This document shows, in pieces, positions 1 to 11,346 of a stretch of DNA of 64,000 nucleotides (position 1 is its first letter; the number at the start of each line of letters is the position of its first letter). The position numbers and the translations under genes are program-made. The notes under the pieces are model-generated. The model searched no databases. It saw only the letters and a list, made by a program, of their open reading frames with translations, and was not told where the DNA came from. The stretch comes from Candidatus Bathyarchaeota archaeon (lineage in GTDB: Archaea > Thermoproteota > Bathyarchaeia > Bathyarchaeales > Bathycorpusculaceae): positions 480,001 to 544,000 of the forward strand of contig CAWHVC010000005.1 in NCBI GenBank assembly GCA_963832745.1. Direction: 5' to 3'.

Positions 1-1511
1 CCTATTGCAGAAGGTGGTGTGACACCAACAATTCTTTCATACCCGCCAGTAAGTTCACAAGGTACCTCTAATCCAGAGCTATTGACTATAAGCAGTAATA
101 GGCTAATCAAAATTGATCCATGGACAGGACTGGTGACAGCAAATGTTACAGCAATGTCAGGTACTTTCCACAGTGGAGCCTATGTCCTTTCAACACAAAA
201 CACCGCATCTGGTCCACGTCTAATCAACTGGACTACAGTTGGAACGAGCACGAACTTTACCAGCCGCATACAAAGCAACATATCAATTCCAATAACAAGC
301 ATAAGCCTTTATGACTTTAACAGCGGTAACGGATTTCAAGTAACAGGCATCTCTAAAGGAGGTTCTTTTACCCAGCAAAGGATAATCGGCATAAACTTGG
401 AGACAGGCGCACTTCTGTGGAACATAACAATTGATGAACCAAACTACAGCGGCAGCTGCAACGTCGCAGACAACGGCAAAGTCGCAATCCTATCTGAAGG
501 CGGATACTTTGTAGCTTTTGACCAAACAACAGGCAATAAAGTGTGGAAAAGTGATGAAATGATGTATCCTTGGGATGCACCAGCATTCGGCGCATATGAT
601 ATTGCCTCCGCTTACGGCTTAATAATACGGTCCGCTTACTCGGGAACTTATGCTTTTGATTGGAATACTGGAAAAATAGTTTGGAAATATGAAGCGCCAG
701 CTAACGCGTATGAAACGCCATACACTAACGAGAATGGCACAACAGTTTATTCATGGAACGGAGGCATTCTTGTTTCAGACGGAAAAGTCTACAATTACAA
801 TGCTGAACACTCACCAACAATGCCAATTACCAGAGGCTGGAGACTACACTGCATAAACGCATCAACCGGTCAAGGCATTTGGAACATAACAGGCTTTTCA
901 GCTTCAAGAAACTTCCAAGGTGCAACAGCGGACGGTTACTTAGCCTTCGACAACTTTTATGACGGTTTCTTATACGTGTTTGGTAAAGGTGAAAGCGAAA
1001 CAACAGTTGCAGTGCCTCAAACAGCGGTAACACAGGGCCAAAGCGTGATTATCTCAGGAACAGTTCTAGACCAGTCACCAGGACAACCTGGAACACCATG
1101 TGTTAGCAAAGAATCGATGACCGCTTGGATGGAATACTTGCACATGCAGACACAAATATCCAATGGACGTTAAAGGCGTTCCAGTCTCTATTGACGCTAC
1201 TGACCCTAACGGAAACCTCGCTCATATTGGCGACGCAGTAACAGACATGAGCGGAACCTTTGGATTCACTTGGACACCAGAAATTGCTGGGGAATACAAA
1301 GTTACAGCAACCTTTGCAGGTGATGACTCTTATGGTAGCTCTTGGGCACAAACATATGCAACAGTAGTCGAGGCAACTTCAACGCCATCAACTCAGTCAG
1401 AAATAAGCTTTGATTCAATTAACAGCACAGTAACCACAACCATGATCAGTGGAGTAGTCGCAATATCATCCAATCGCAATTGTCGGCCTTTTAATGCTAA
1501 GAAAACATTAG
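1..1511 (+). CDS. PQQ-binding-like beta-propeller surface protein with C-terminal Ig-like domain and TM anchor (5'-partial; frameshifted near 1163 and ~1465)
   Basis: Repeated 'A(F/I)(D/N)xxTGxxxW' blades. Frame is open from position 1. ORF 19..1173 continues in 1163..1570 (GVPVSIDATDPNG...TFAGDDSYGSS). The hydrophobic tail IAIVGLLMLRKH* lies in another frame, ending at 1511. Confidence 0.8.
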
Positions 1512-1633
1512 AAACTCATAAACCCACTTTTCCTTTTTTAGATTTCCAAAAAGAGCTACATTACCTCTAACTTTACATAAGGCTACAGTTGCTTTTAGAA
1601 AAAAGCTAAAATGTTCCAGCACACTTCTTTTTA

Positions 1634-2698
1634 ATGTCCGGAGCCACTTTTATGGCATATAACGAGTTACGGAAAGATTATCTTCTCAACCGTTGGGTAG
1701 TAATCGCTACAGAACGCGGCAGACGACCAACAGATTTCGCCAAACCCCGCAATGAACCAGCAAAAAACAGCAATTGCCCAATGTGCGTCGGCAACGAACA
1801 TATGACGCCACCAGCAAGCATGCTTTACCTTAAAGAAAACGGTCAAATCAAACACGCCGTTGACCCCGCTACGGGTGAACGCCCAAAAAACTGGCTTATA
1901 CGCAGCTTTCCAAATCTTTATCCCGCTTTTGCTCCACCTAAAAACACTCAAGACGAAGCCGACGCCGAAGTTTTGGGACGTTACGGTTATGGTTTTGCCA
2001 TTGGAGAACATGAGGTTTTAGCTGAATCACCCAACCACAGTGAAAGCCCAGCGGATGCTGAGTTGCCTCAGTTGGAATTGTTGATTAAAGCGTACATTGA
2101 CAGGCTTACCCAGTTCAGCGTTAAACCCTTTGTTAAGTATGTACAGATTTTCCGTAATTATGGACATGAAGCAGGCGCCTCATTATCTCATGCACACAGC
2201 CAAATCATTGCAACACCAATTATTCCTTCAATAGTTGCTGATGAACAAGCTGCAAGCAAAACCTATTTTGAACAGAACAAGAAATGCTTTTTCTGCGATT
2301 TAGCTGAAAAAGAAGCTAAAAGTCCACGCTTGATTCTGGAAAATGAGCATTTTCTGGTTTTTGCACCGTACTCAAGCATTACCCCTATGGAGTTCTGGAT
2401 ACTGCCTAAACGCCACTCCCCAAACATGCTTGACTTGTCAGAAACTGAAATCACATCTTTTGCTAAAACACTTAAAACCAGCCTAAAAGCCCTAAAAACC
2501 CTCGTAAATGACCCTCCATACAATTACGGTTTCCACCTCGCAATTAACAAGGATGCCCAAAACAGTTACCACTGGCACTTAGAGGTTTATCCAAAATTGT
2601 CGATTTGGGCAGGCTTTGAGTTAAGCACAGGAATCTACATCAACACCGTAACGCCGGAAAACGCTGCCTCAGAACTTAAAAAGGTTATAGACTCTTAG
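1634..2698 (+). CDS. galT: Galactose-1-phosphate uridylyltransferase
   Basis: ELRKD..RWVVIATERGRRP, CPMC, NLYPA, GASLSHAHSQ (HxHxQ) and YHWHLE motifs. Confidence 0.93.
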   Translation: MSGATFMAYNELRKDYLLNRWVVIATERGRRPTDFAKPRNEPAKNSNCPMCVGNEHMTPPASMLYLKENGQIKHAVDPATGERPKNWLIRSFPNLYPAFAPPKNTQDEADAEVLGRYGYGFAIGEHEVLAESPNHSESPADAELPQLELLIKAYIDRLTQFSVKPFVKYVQIFRNYGHEAGASLSHAHSQIIATPIIPSIVADEQAASKTYFEQNKKCFFCDLAEKEAKSPRLILENEHFLVFAPYSSITPMEFWILPKRHSPNMLDLSETEITSFAKTLKTSLKALKTLVNDPPYNYGFHLAINKDAQNSYHWHLEVYPKLSIWAGFELSTGIYINTVTPENAASELKKVIDS

Positions 2699-4763
2699 TT
2701 TTAACTGTTTCAAGTGTTGGCTCAATGCCCAGCACATCTTCCACGTAAGCGCGTAACAGTTCAGCAACACTCCAAGCCTGCGCGACACAGCCCCGTGGTT
2801 CATTAGGCGGGTCACAATCAAAAATTTCGTTAATCGACCCCAAGCAGCCATGATGAATCGTTTGACCAAGCAGCGGCAACACAAAATTTTGCAGCGCCAA
2901 CTTGTGTGGTTCAGAATCAGCACCGTAAATTTTCAGGTATGCCGTAATGAATGGCCCAAGTAGCCATGGCCAGATTGTGCCGTTATGATAAGCGGTGTCT
3001 CGGCTTCTTCTGTTCCCTTCGCATTTTCCGACAAATTTAGGGTCATCAAGCGACAAAGTGCGCAGGCCATAAGGCGTAACAAGTTCACTATTCACTAAAT
3101 CAACGACGTGTTTGCCTTTAAGTTGGTCAAGCATACAGTAATCTAAAGAAACCGCCAAAATCTGGTTTGGACGAATTGTCGCGTCAGCTCCAGAGGTGTC
3201 TATTACGTCGTAGAGGCAGGCTTTGTTGGAGTTCCAGAATTTCTGGTTAAAACTTATACTGGCTTTCTCTGCAATGTCGGCGTAGTGAGTGGCTAAATCG
3301 TTTTCTTCAAACTCGCTTGCCAGAAGTTGCATAGTTTTTAGGGCGTTGTACCATAGGGCTTGGATTTCTACGGCTTTACCTTTTCGTGGAGTAACGTCTT
3401 CGCCATCCACATACGCGTCCATCCATGTAAGTCTTGAACCGTGGGCAAGCAAACTATCAGTGTCAAGATGAATGTTAAACAGGGTGCCTTTTTCGTGGTT
3501 GGCAATTATAGATTTTAGTGCTTCCCAAAGGTTCTGTTTTATGTAGTCATAGTTGCGGGTGTATTTTATGTACTGCAAGACTGCGTTAATGTACCAAAGT
3601 GTGCCGTCAACAGTGTTGTAGGAAGGTTGAGCAGATTTATCAGTGATGTAATTGGGAATAAGCCCGTCACTGCAGTATTGAATAAAATTTGAAAAGATGT
3701 CTTCGGCGTCACTATATCTACCGGTTACAAGCATTAAGCCCGGCAGCGAGATGAAGGTGTCTCTACCCCATGGTTCAAACCAGTGGTAACCGGCAATGAT
3801 AGATTTGCGTCTTTGTGAGTTTTGAACTATAAAGGCGTCGGCTGCTTGCAGTATCCAGTTTAACCAGTCAGTCATAGGCACCTCAGTTTGCAACTGGTAA
3901 AAATCCATAAGTAAACTACTCAGATGTGCCAACTCGTGATTGTAAGCTTCCATTGTTTGGTCCATTTGCGAGCCAATTGAATCAATGATTAACCGGTTTT
4001 CTTGAGCATCTCTGCTTGCAGCCGTTGTCAACGCAAACGTGCTTTCGCTCTCTGCGGGAACGGTGACTTCAAAAGTTCCTGGTTGATAGCAATCGTCGTT
4101 GCTTGATTCACCGCGGAATTCTTCGTCACGATAAAGTAACCGGTCTACCCAGTTGCCCTTTTCTTTGAAGACTCCGCTTGTTGTGCGACAGGTGATGGTT
4201 GCGTTTTGTTCTGGGAAGGTAAGTTCGACTTCTTTGCTGCTTTGTTGCTGAGTAAAGTGCAATGGAGCTTTTTGCTGGTCAGTTATGTTGTGGTAGTAAC
4301 GGCAGTTAACCATTGGATAAATTGCCAATTTAGCATCTAATTTGCTTTGGTTTGATATTTTGTACAAGGCACAAACGGCGTTTTTGAGTTTAGGCATGAA
4401 AATTGTCTTGTTTACTTCTAACGTGTTTAAACTGTAAGTGTAAGTGGGAAATGGACTAATCGAGAACTGTTTGATTAACTTATAACCTTGCGGATAAATA
4501 GTGTCATTAAACTCGTTACTGCCAAGCCTAAATGTTCCATCTCCAAAGGATAAGTCTTCATCCAGCTTTGAAAGGCAAACCATGCGGTCGCCAGGGGGAT
4601 TCAACGCTGCAACAAGCAGTCCATGATATTTTCGTGTATTTATGCCTAAAACTGTGCTGGAAGCATAGCCGCCGATGCCGTTGGTTATCAGCCATTCCTT
4701 CTTGATTAAGTCCTTAAAGTTACTAAGAGCTTGCTGGTTGAAGGTTATGGCTGGCAGCTTCAT
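2685..4763 (-). CDS. Glycogen debranching enzyme (amylo-alpha-1,6-glucosidase)
   Basis: EWLITNGIGGYASST, RKYHGLL, IAGYHWFEPWGRDTFISLPG, LTWMDA, YHNGTIWPW, QAWSVAE. Confidence 0.92.
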   Translation of the reverse strand: MKLPAITFNQQALSNFKDLIKKEWLITNGIGGYASSTVLGINTRKYHGLLVAALNPPGDRMVCLSKLDEDLSFGDGTFRLGSNEFNDTIYPQGYKLIKQFSISPFPTYTYSLNTLEVNKTIFMPKLKNAVCALYKISNQSKLDAKLAIYPMVNCRYYHNITDQQKAPLHFTQQQSSKEVELTFPEQNATITCRTTSGVFKEKGNWVDRLLYRDEEFRGESSNDDCYQPGTFEVTVPAESESTFALTTAASRDAQENRLIIDSIGSQMDQTMEAYNHELAHLSSLLMDFYQLQTEVPMTDWLNWILQAADAFIVQNSQRRKSIIAGYHWFEPWGRDTFISLPGLMLVTGRYSDAEDIFSNFIQYCSDGLIPNYITDKSAQPSYNTVDGTLWYINAVLQYIKYTRNYDYIKQNLWEALKSIIANHEKGTLFNIHLDTDSLLAHGSRLTWMDAYVDGEDVTPRKGKAVEIQALWYNALKTMQLLASEFEENDLATHYADIAEKASISFNQKFWNSNKACLYDVIDTSGADATIRPNQILAVSLDYCMLDQLKGKHVVDLVNSELVTPYGLRTLSLDDPKFVGKCEGNRRSRDTAYHNGTIWPWLLGPFITAYLKIYGADSEPHKLALQNFVLPLLGQTIHHGCLGSINEIFDCDPPNEPRGCVAQAWSVAELLRAYVEDVLGIEPTLETVKTKSL

Positions 4764-4764
4764 A

Positions 4765-5646
4765 CTAGGTCATCAACTTTGCAATGTTCTTGTCTCTTGG
4801 AACACAGAAATAGTTTGCTACCGGAACACATTTAGTCCTAAACAAGTGCAGGTGCGGTTTAGTGTACTTGTACTCGGTTAATGTTTCCGCGTAACCCATA
4901 CCTTTGGCGATGACTAGTTTGGCTTCGTCGTAAACTTTCAGAAAATCAGGTGAAACCTCTTTTTTCAGAAGTCCCACAGCGTCGGTTCCAGTAGTTATGA
5001 TTTCGTCGGCAAGCTTATCCATATTCGAAATCTCCACATCCTCCAAGGTAGCGTCATTAATCACTGGAGCACCTTTAACAACATAGGTAACTTTTAAGCC
5101 CATGTTTTTCAGTTGCTCAACAAGCAACGTGTCAAAGACGATTTCGCCAGCGTTATCTGCAAGGTACAGAACGCTGTCAGTTTTTTTGGTTAGCTCATAA
5201 GCTTTGTCAATGTCGTCGATAACTAAGTCTTTGGCGGCTTCCTTAAGAGTTTTCGATAAATCTTTCAAAGTAAATTTGTGACCAGGAATGTCAAATTCCA
5301 TAATGTTACCAACAATGGCGCATAAGCAAGCCTTTTTGAATCTTTCTTGCTGAGTGTAACCTGCATGAACGAACTTTTTGGCCTGCGGCAACAGTTTTAG
5401 GGCTTTTTCGTTAGCTGCTTTCTTGCTCATCTTGTAAGGATCAGGATTGCTGGTTAATTGCCGGATAATGCGGTCTCTTGTTGTGCCGATGTCGGCAGCG
5501 ACAGTGGATGGTTTGAAGTCACGGTTAATTAGTTTAACAACTTCAGCCATGCATCTAAACCGCAATGCGGGGTTTGTGGTGGCTTGATATATTTGGGTTT
5601 GTGCCCGTGAAAGCAGGCATGAGGCGCATTCAGGTTCAACTTTCAA
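4765..5646 (-). CDS. ARMT1/DUF89 damage-control metal-dependent phosphatase
   Basis: N-terminal ECxxC, DPY, GNIMEF, YLADNAGEIVFD, INDAT, IAKGMG. Confidence 0.88.
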   Translation of the reverse strand: MKVEPECASCLLSRAQTQIYQATTNPALRFRCMAEVVKLINRDFKPSTVAADIGTTRDRIIRQLTSNPDPYKMSKKAANEKALKLLPQAKKFVHAGYTQQERFKKACLCAIVGNIMEFDIPGHKFTLKDLSKTLKEAAKDLVIDDIDKAYELTKKTDSVLYLADNAGEIVFDTLLVEQLKNMGLKVTYVVKGAPVINDATLEDVEISNMDKLADEIITTGTDAVGLLKKEVSPDFLKVYDEAKLVIAKGMGYAETLTEYKYTKPHLHLFRTKCVPVANYFCVPRDKNIAKLMT

Positions 5647-5663
5647 ATTTGGTCACATGCAAT

Positions 5664-6356
<693 letters not shown>

Positions 6357-6416
6357 TTAGCCTTAGAGCTAACCGCTTTTATTATTTACCATACAAAAAA
6401 TATAGACAGGATGGCT

Positions 6417-8108
6417 TTAGGCTACTGGTGCAGGCGCAGTCTGGACTGGCAAAGCAACTTTTCTTGCGGTTTCCTCAGTTAGCATGCCTACCAGTTGTCC
6501 GTTTTTGACCATAGCCGCACGTTTCATGCCTTTCTCCCGCATAATCTTCATTGCATTAATCATTGATTCAGCTTTATCAAGAATAATCAGCGGCGTGTAA
6601 CTGAGGTCTTTTGCAAGGGTTTTAGCTGGGTCTTTGTGATTTTCAATTATGTCTCTTAAGATGTCTCTGTCGCTTATTACCCCGATTTGTCGGTTATGCT
6701 CAGTTATAAGCACAGAGTTTACGCTGTTCTGAAGCATCAAACCAACAAGTGCCGAAATGGTTTCGGTAATTGGTACTTCTATTTGGGGTAGTTTCATGCC
6801 GGCTTGGCTGCTGATTTCAGAAATGTCGATTCCACGTTTCCAGATGTCGTTTAGCATTTCGCTTGTGCGTTCGATTTGGCTGGGGTCACTGGAGTAGAAA
6901 GTGTCTGGTAGGTAAAAGGCTGACTCGCTTGTCCAGTCACCTAACGGCGGCATTTTAAACATGAAAAGATGTTTGTTATCAACCAGCATCATGGTCATGT
7001 AACTGATCGGAACATGCTTAATTTCATAACGTGCGAAAAGTTTCTGTGCAGGCTCCAAGTTGTCAAGGTCAATTGAAGCCATAATGCGGACTTTGAGGTC
7101 TTTTTTTAGGAACTTTATTAATGGGTCATCTTCGGCGAGGCGGTTGATGCTTTGTGAAGTGGTAATTATAACAACATCGTCTTTGGCGTTTTCAACCACT
7201 TTAGTAACTTTTTCCCATGCTTCATCTGCACTTTTAATAACCACGGTTTCACCGATTGGAATACCGCTTTTCAGTTCATCAACACGTCTTGTTGCTTCCA
7301 CACCGATTGACCACATCTGCTCAAAGAACGCTTTCAAAACGGAAATGAACATTTTATCGTTAATCCATAAACCCTCGTCTTCAAGGTTCAAAACCGAGGT
7401 TTCGTTGCCAAATGGCGCGTAAAGGATGGCTTCTTCCTCATCCTTAATTAAGAAACGTGGGAAAAACTTTGAATTCATACTCATATGACGCAGTTTAATA
7501 TTAAGCCGGTCTTCGATTATGTTGCGTTCTATGCGTTCCACAATTTTGAGGTTGTCAGTTGATATATCCGTTATTATTTGAAAGTTTACGTTCCGGTTTT
7601 TAGAGGGGTCAAATGCAGAGTCAAAAATTCCGGCAATATCTTCCTGAATAAGCCCCAAACCGGTGGTTAAAAAGAGAACATGTTTGTTGGATTCCTCAAT
7701 CATGCTTATCATTTTTGAATGAATCTTTTTCTTGCCAGTTATGATTGAAAATTTAGCAACTGGATACTCGGATTCTGGAGTGCTGATTGACTTCCAAGCG
7801 ACCAGCAGATTCTGTTTTTGCTCGTTTAGGTTTACAACTTCATTCTTTTTTGCATTAATGAAGGTGTCAACAAGATTTTCAAACGGGACAATCGTGAAAC
7901 GGGTTGGCCTTTCAAGTGTTGCTTCGATAAAGCCTTTTTCTTGTAGTTTTTTGAAGGTGCGGTAGGCTTGAACGCGTTCCATTTTCAGGCGTTTAGCTAC
8001 GAAACTTGTAGACTGCACGCCGCTTTTAGCAAGGAACATGTAGACTTGGATTTCGCGTTTTGAGAGTCCCAGAATTTGCAGAAAACGTGTTATATCCTTT
8101 TCACTCAA
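6417..8108 (-). CDS. TrmB-family transcriptional regulator with two effector domains and a C-terminal CBS pair
   Basis: N-terminal LGLSKREIQVY...YRTFKKLQEKGFIE wHTH; two PLD-like repeats ending FFEQMW and LNDIW; CBS motifs GVISDRDI and LVGMLT. Confidence 0.8.
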   Translation of the reverse strand: MSEKDITRFLQILGLSKREIQVYMFLAKSGVQSTSFVAKRLKMERVQAYRTFKKLQEKGFIEATLERPTRFTIVPFENLVDTFINAKKNEVVNLNEQKQNLLVAWKSISTPESEYPVAKFSIITGKKKIHSKMISMIEESNKHVLFLTTGLGLIQEDIAGIFDSAFDPSKNRNVNFQIITDISTDNLKIVERIERNIIEDRLNIKLRHMSMNSKFFPRFLIKDEEEAILYAPFGNETSVLNLEDEGLWINDKMFISVLKAFFEQMWSIGVEATRRVDELKSGIPIGETVVIKSADEAWEKVTKVVENAKDDVVIITTSQSINRLAEDDPLIKFLKKDLKVRIMASIDLDNLEPAQKLFARYEIKHVPISYMTMMLVDNKHLFMFKMPPLGDWTSESAFYLPDTFYSSDPSQIERTSEMLNDIWKRGIDISEISSQAGMKLPQIEVPITETISALVGLMLQNSVNSVLITEHNRQIGVISDRDILRDIIENHKDPAKTLAKDLSYTPLIILDKAESMINAMKIMREKGMKRAAMVKNGQLVGMLTEETARKVALPVQTAPAPVA

Positions 8109-8419
8109 GGTATAGTAAGCCGCCTAACGATAAAATCCAGTGTTTCCATTAGTTTTAATGTTTACGCATTTATATAAAGGATAGCATGTTTGTCAAGCTT
8201 AACATTTAAACAAAAAACTTCGTTTTAAAGCGTTAGGATAGCGTTTATTAATCTGAAAAAGCATTGGTAAAATTATCGAAAGATGAAACTTCGTGCTATG
8301 CTGATGCATCAAATCGAAAGCGGAATCTGGTCTGGTTTGTTGCTGCGCCCGTTAACGATTTGGGCCTTGCAAGTGTAGCATGATTGCGGATGATTACGTT
8401 AATCTGAGGAGACTTAGAA

Positions 8420-8815
8420 ATGTCTGAAAACAAAAAAACCATACTCGTTGTTGACGATGACAAATCAATTCTTAGGACATTCACAAGGATTCTTCAAAAA
8501 AGCGGGTACGAAATAGATGTTGCTGAAACTGGTAAAGAAGCAATTGAAAAAGCTGACAGCCACCACTACGACCTTGCACTGGTCGACATAAGGCTCCCTG
8601 ACATGGATGGAACGGAACTGCTTGCTAAACTTAAAGTACAGCTGCAAAGTACAGTAAAAATCATGATTACAGGTTTTCCATCTCTTGAAACAGGCGTTAA
8701 AGCCCTTGATGAAGGCGCCGATGCTTATCTTGTTAAACCAGTGAAACCTCAGGAGCTTCTTGTACTGCTTGAAGAAAAACTAAAGCATCATGAAGAGCAA
8801 GTGGCAAAAGCATAA
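8420..8815 (+). CDS. Single-domain response regulator (REC)
   Basis: ILVVDDD, LVDIRLPDMDG, ITG, YLVKP; RBS gagga. Confidence 0.93.
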   Translation: MSENKKTILVVDDDKSILRTFTRILQKSGYEIDVAETGKEAIEKADSHHYDLALVDIRLPDMDGTELLAKLKVQLQSTVKIMITGFPSLETGVKALDEGADAYLVKPVKPQELLVLLEEKLKHHEEQVAKA

Positions 8816-9005
8816 ACCACACCGTTTTAGGTGCCTCTTCGTTTGTTTCTTCAATACCCTGTTAAGTTAACAGTTATTCCCATGACGTTAGTTTTTTAGG
8901 TAGCTAAAGGCTTAGATAACAGTTTGACAGTTTCACAGACTGTTGAATTTCAGGCAGATACTGATTTTTTTGTAGAGAAAGCTTAAGAATGGTGATTTTG
9001 GTTAC

Positions 9006-9908
9006 GTGAATATGATTCAAGGTTTGAAGGGCTTTGCCCAATTTATTTCTGTTGAACGCGGTTTAATGCTTTTCATGATTTCTGTCGGCGCAACCTTCCT
9101 TACAGGAGGCGCGATTGCTTGGGCTCCAGCACTGTTGTTGGGTGTTATCGTGTTTTGCATTTGGAGCGCTGTCGACGGAATGAACAACTTATGTGATGTT
9201 GAATTAGACGTGTTATCTGACCCGTTGCGTTCGCAATTCACAAAAAGACTTGGCAAAATAGGCTTATTCATCACCTTAGGTTTTACAGGTTTATCATTAG
9301 CGTTGGGCGCGGCGACTTTGATGCCTTACGTGCTGCTTTTCGTTGGTGTAGGCATCCTCTTTGGAGTCTTGTACTCGGTGCCGCCTTTCCGTCTGCGGAA
9401 AACCGCGTACAAACCTTTAGTCAACTTCACTGTCGGAGCAGTTCCAGTAATGATTGTCGCGGCATTCTTCAATTCGTTCTCAGCCAGCGTAGTCGCGTTA
9501 ATCGTACTCATCGGCGTGACCACTGCAATAAACAGCCTCTGGGAAGACCTCGCAGACTTTGCGTCTGACTTCCACAGCGGTTCCCGAACAATCCCTATCA
9601 TTATGGGTTTTAGAAATGGCTTATTCTTCACGGTCGTGATGGGTTACGCTATGCTTCCTTTGATGGTGCTGGTGGGCATGCTTTTCCAGCTTCCAACAGT
9701 CTGGTATGGCGCGTTAGCAATCCTTGCAGGCTTCATAACCTTCCGGTTAATCCAGAAACGCAATACACTCTTCAAACAAAACAATGCAGACAACACAGAA
9801 CTCTTCAAACTCGGAGAAACCTTATCCAAAGACTTCGTAATAATCGCCATAGTATTTACGCTAAGCCTAATGATAAGCAGCCTACTAAAAATCAACCCAA
9901 TATTCTAA
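9006..9908 (+). CDS. UbiA-family prenyltransferase
   Basis: NNLCDVELD and EDLADFASD Asp-rich motifs, YSVPPFRL, multiple TM helices. Confidence 0.88.
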   Translation: MNMIQGLKGFAQFISVERGLMLFMISVGATFLTGGAIAWAPALLLGVIVFCIWSAVDGMNNLCDVELDVLSDPLRSQFTKRLGKIGLFITLGFTGLSLALGAATLMPYVLLFVGVGILFGVLYSVPPFRLRKTAYKPLVNFTVGAVPVMIVAAFFNSFSASVVALIVLIGVTTAINSLWEDLADFASDFHSGSRTIPIIMGFRNGLFFTVVMGYAMLPLMVLVGMLFQLPTVWYGALAILAGFITFRLIQKRNTLFKQNNADNTELFKLGETLSKDFVIIAIVFTLSLMISSLLKINPIF

Positions 9909-9928
9909 AAAACACTGGTACAAGCCGC

Positions 9929-10008
9929 CTGCCAACCTATTTACCGTCTATTAGGAGCCTAATAGTGGTTCATTGCAGAAACCTATAGGGGGTAGGCGGT
10001 AATAGCGC
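9929..10008 (+). repeat. Dispersed intergenic repeat, copy 1 (lacks the AGTATGTTGAAA tail)
   Basis: ctgccaacctatt...ctattagg-ag-cctaatag...gcagaaacctatagggggtagg; aligns with copies at 28842, 35869 and 63189. Confidence 0.85.
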
Positions 10009-10130
10009 TTTTCAAACACAAAAACAGGCGTTTACCAATTTAAACGTAAATAAAGCCACTTTTCCCTTACGTGTTAGGGTCAAGTTTTATTTGGAATCAA
10101 CGCAACTTGATATGCAGGTGACAAGTAACG

Positions 10131-10585
10131 GTGAAAGTGCTCATTTTTTATGACTCAAAATATGGCAACACCAAGCTGGCTGCAGAAAAGATTGCTGAGG
10201 GACTCAAAAGTGAGGGGGTAGACGCTGACTTGAGCTATGTGAAAGAAGCGGCACTTAAGGGCACAATATTAGCTGACGCGTTAATTTTGGGTGCACCAAA
10301 CCATATGGGCAGACCCGCCCACACTATGAAGGCTTTCATTGACCGTTTAGCGAACGTTGACTTGAAAACGAAAAAGGTGGCGGTTTTCGGCACTTACGCA
10401 GGCAAAGAAAGACAGCAAGACAGGGCTGAGAGGAAACTAGAAAACTAGTTGCGGAAAAGTTGCCCCGTTTAAAGCAGGTTGTGCCGGGATTATCGGTTAG
10501 AGTGAATGGTGTATCGGGTCCTGTAGTTGAAGGAGAACTGCCTAAATGTATAGAATTCGGCAGGACAATTGCCTCTCAACTTTGA
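10131..10585 (+). CDS. Flavodoxin (frameshift at ~10441, probably a missing A in a homopolymer)
   Basis: YDSKYGNTK, LGAPNHMG, AVFGTY; the shifted frame continues LVAEKLP...GPVVEGELPKCIEFGRTIASQL*. Confidence 0.82.
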
Positions 10586-10619
10586 AACCACTGACAGAAT
10601 TCACAACAGCAATGGAACT

Positions 10620-10772
10620 CAGAAAACACAACATAATTTCAAATTAAGCACAGCAGACAACATAAAAACGCTGAAAGGTGGCGAACTATTAGCCAAAGAC
10701 GGCGTAATAATCGCAATCGTGTTCACATTAAGCCTAATGATAAGCAACCCATTTAAAACCAACATATATTGA
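10620..10772 (+). pseudogene. Diverged duplicate of the last ~50 codons of the ubiA-family gene
   Basis: KDGVIIAIVFTLSLMIS vs KDFVIIAIVFTLSLMIS; 18-nt identity taagcctaatgataagca at 9862-9879 and 10729-10746. Confidence 0.85.
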
Positions 10773-10798
10773 ACATTTTTTGGTTTTAGTAGCCATAT

Positions 10799-11191
10799 TT
10801 AATTTCTAGCCAAATAAATTGTAACGATAACTATTGCTAATATCCCGATGAGACCTATCCAAACATCTACAGATAGTAAAATTGCGGACAACGAAATAAG
10901 TAATGAAAGAAATCCAATTTTAAAAATTTTGTAAGCTGGCAAAGCACCTAGATTAAATTCACGTTCATTTTCGCTAGAGCAAACACCAGCAAAACGTATT
11001 GCAGAGAAAATGAAAGTTATTGCGCTTAAAACCAATGGAATGGCTATAAAGTAAAAGGCTGTCAGAATACCATTAAAGTATCCAAAAAAATCGATAGAAA
11101 GAACTTGAACATCAAGACTACTTCTTGTGTCGATTAACAACAGAGTGGCAGTAAAAAAAATTCCGCCTAAAAAAGAAGAAACCGCTGACAT
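10799..11191 (-). CDS. Hypothetical membrane protein (AT-rich)
   Basis: 130-aa ORF with ~4 hydrophobic segments. Confidence 0.6.
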   Translation of the reverse strand: MSAVSSFLGGIFFTATLLLIDTRSSLDVQVLSIDFFGYFNGILTAFYFIAIPLVLSAITFIFSAIRFAGVCSSENEREFNLGALPAYKIFKIGFLSLLISLSAILLSVDVWIGLIGILAIVIVTIYLARN

Positions 11192-11346
11192 AACTGTACA
11201 GCTATCTTTGTTCCATTTTATGCTTCGCGTAATAAATGCTCCATTTAACTTAATTACTTACTTATTTGCTGAATTTATCGGTTAAATGTTTTGTGATAGA
11301 TTTTTTAGCAAGTATTTTATATATTTTAAGCAAAGGGTGAAGGCGC

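Noticed and set aside
1150-1180. Programmed frameshifting in the beta-propeller, flavodoxin or argF genes
   Set aside because: No consistent slippery site with a downstream structure; scattered indels are better explained by assembly error.
9753-10772. ubiA 3' duplication as a DGR template/variable repeat pair
   Set aside because: Mismatches are not adenine-specific, and no reverse transcriptase gene is in the window.
10569-10772. 67-aa ORF as an independent gene
   Set aside because: Its C-terminal part is the ubiA duplicate, and its start overlaps the true flavodoxin 3' end.
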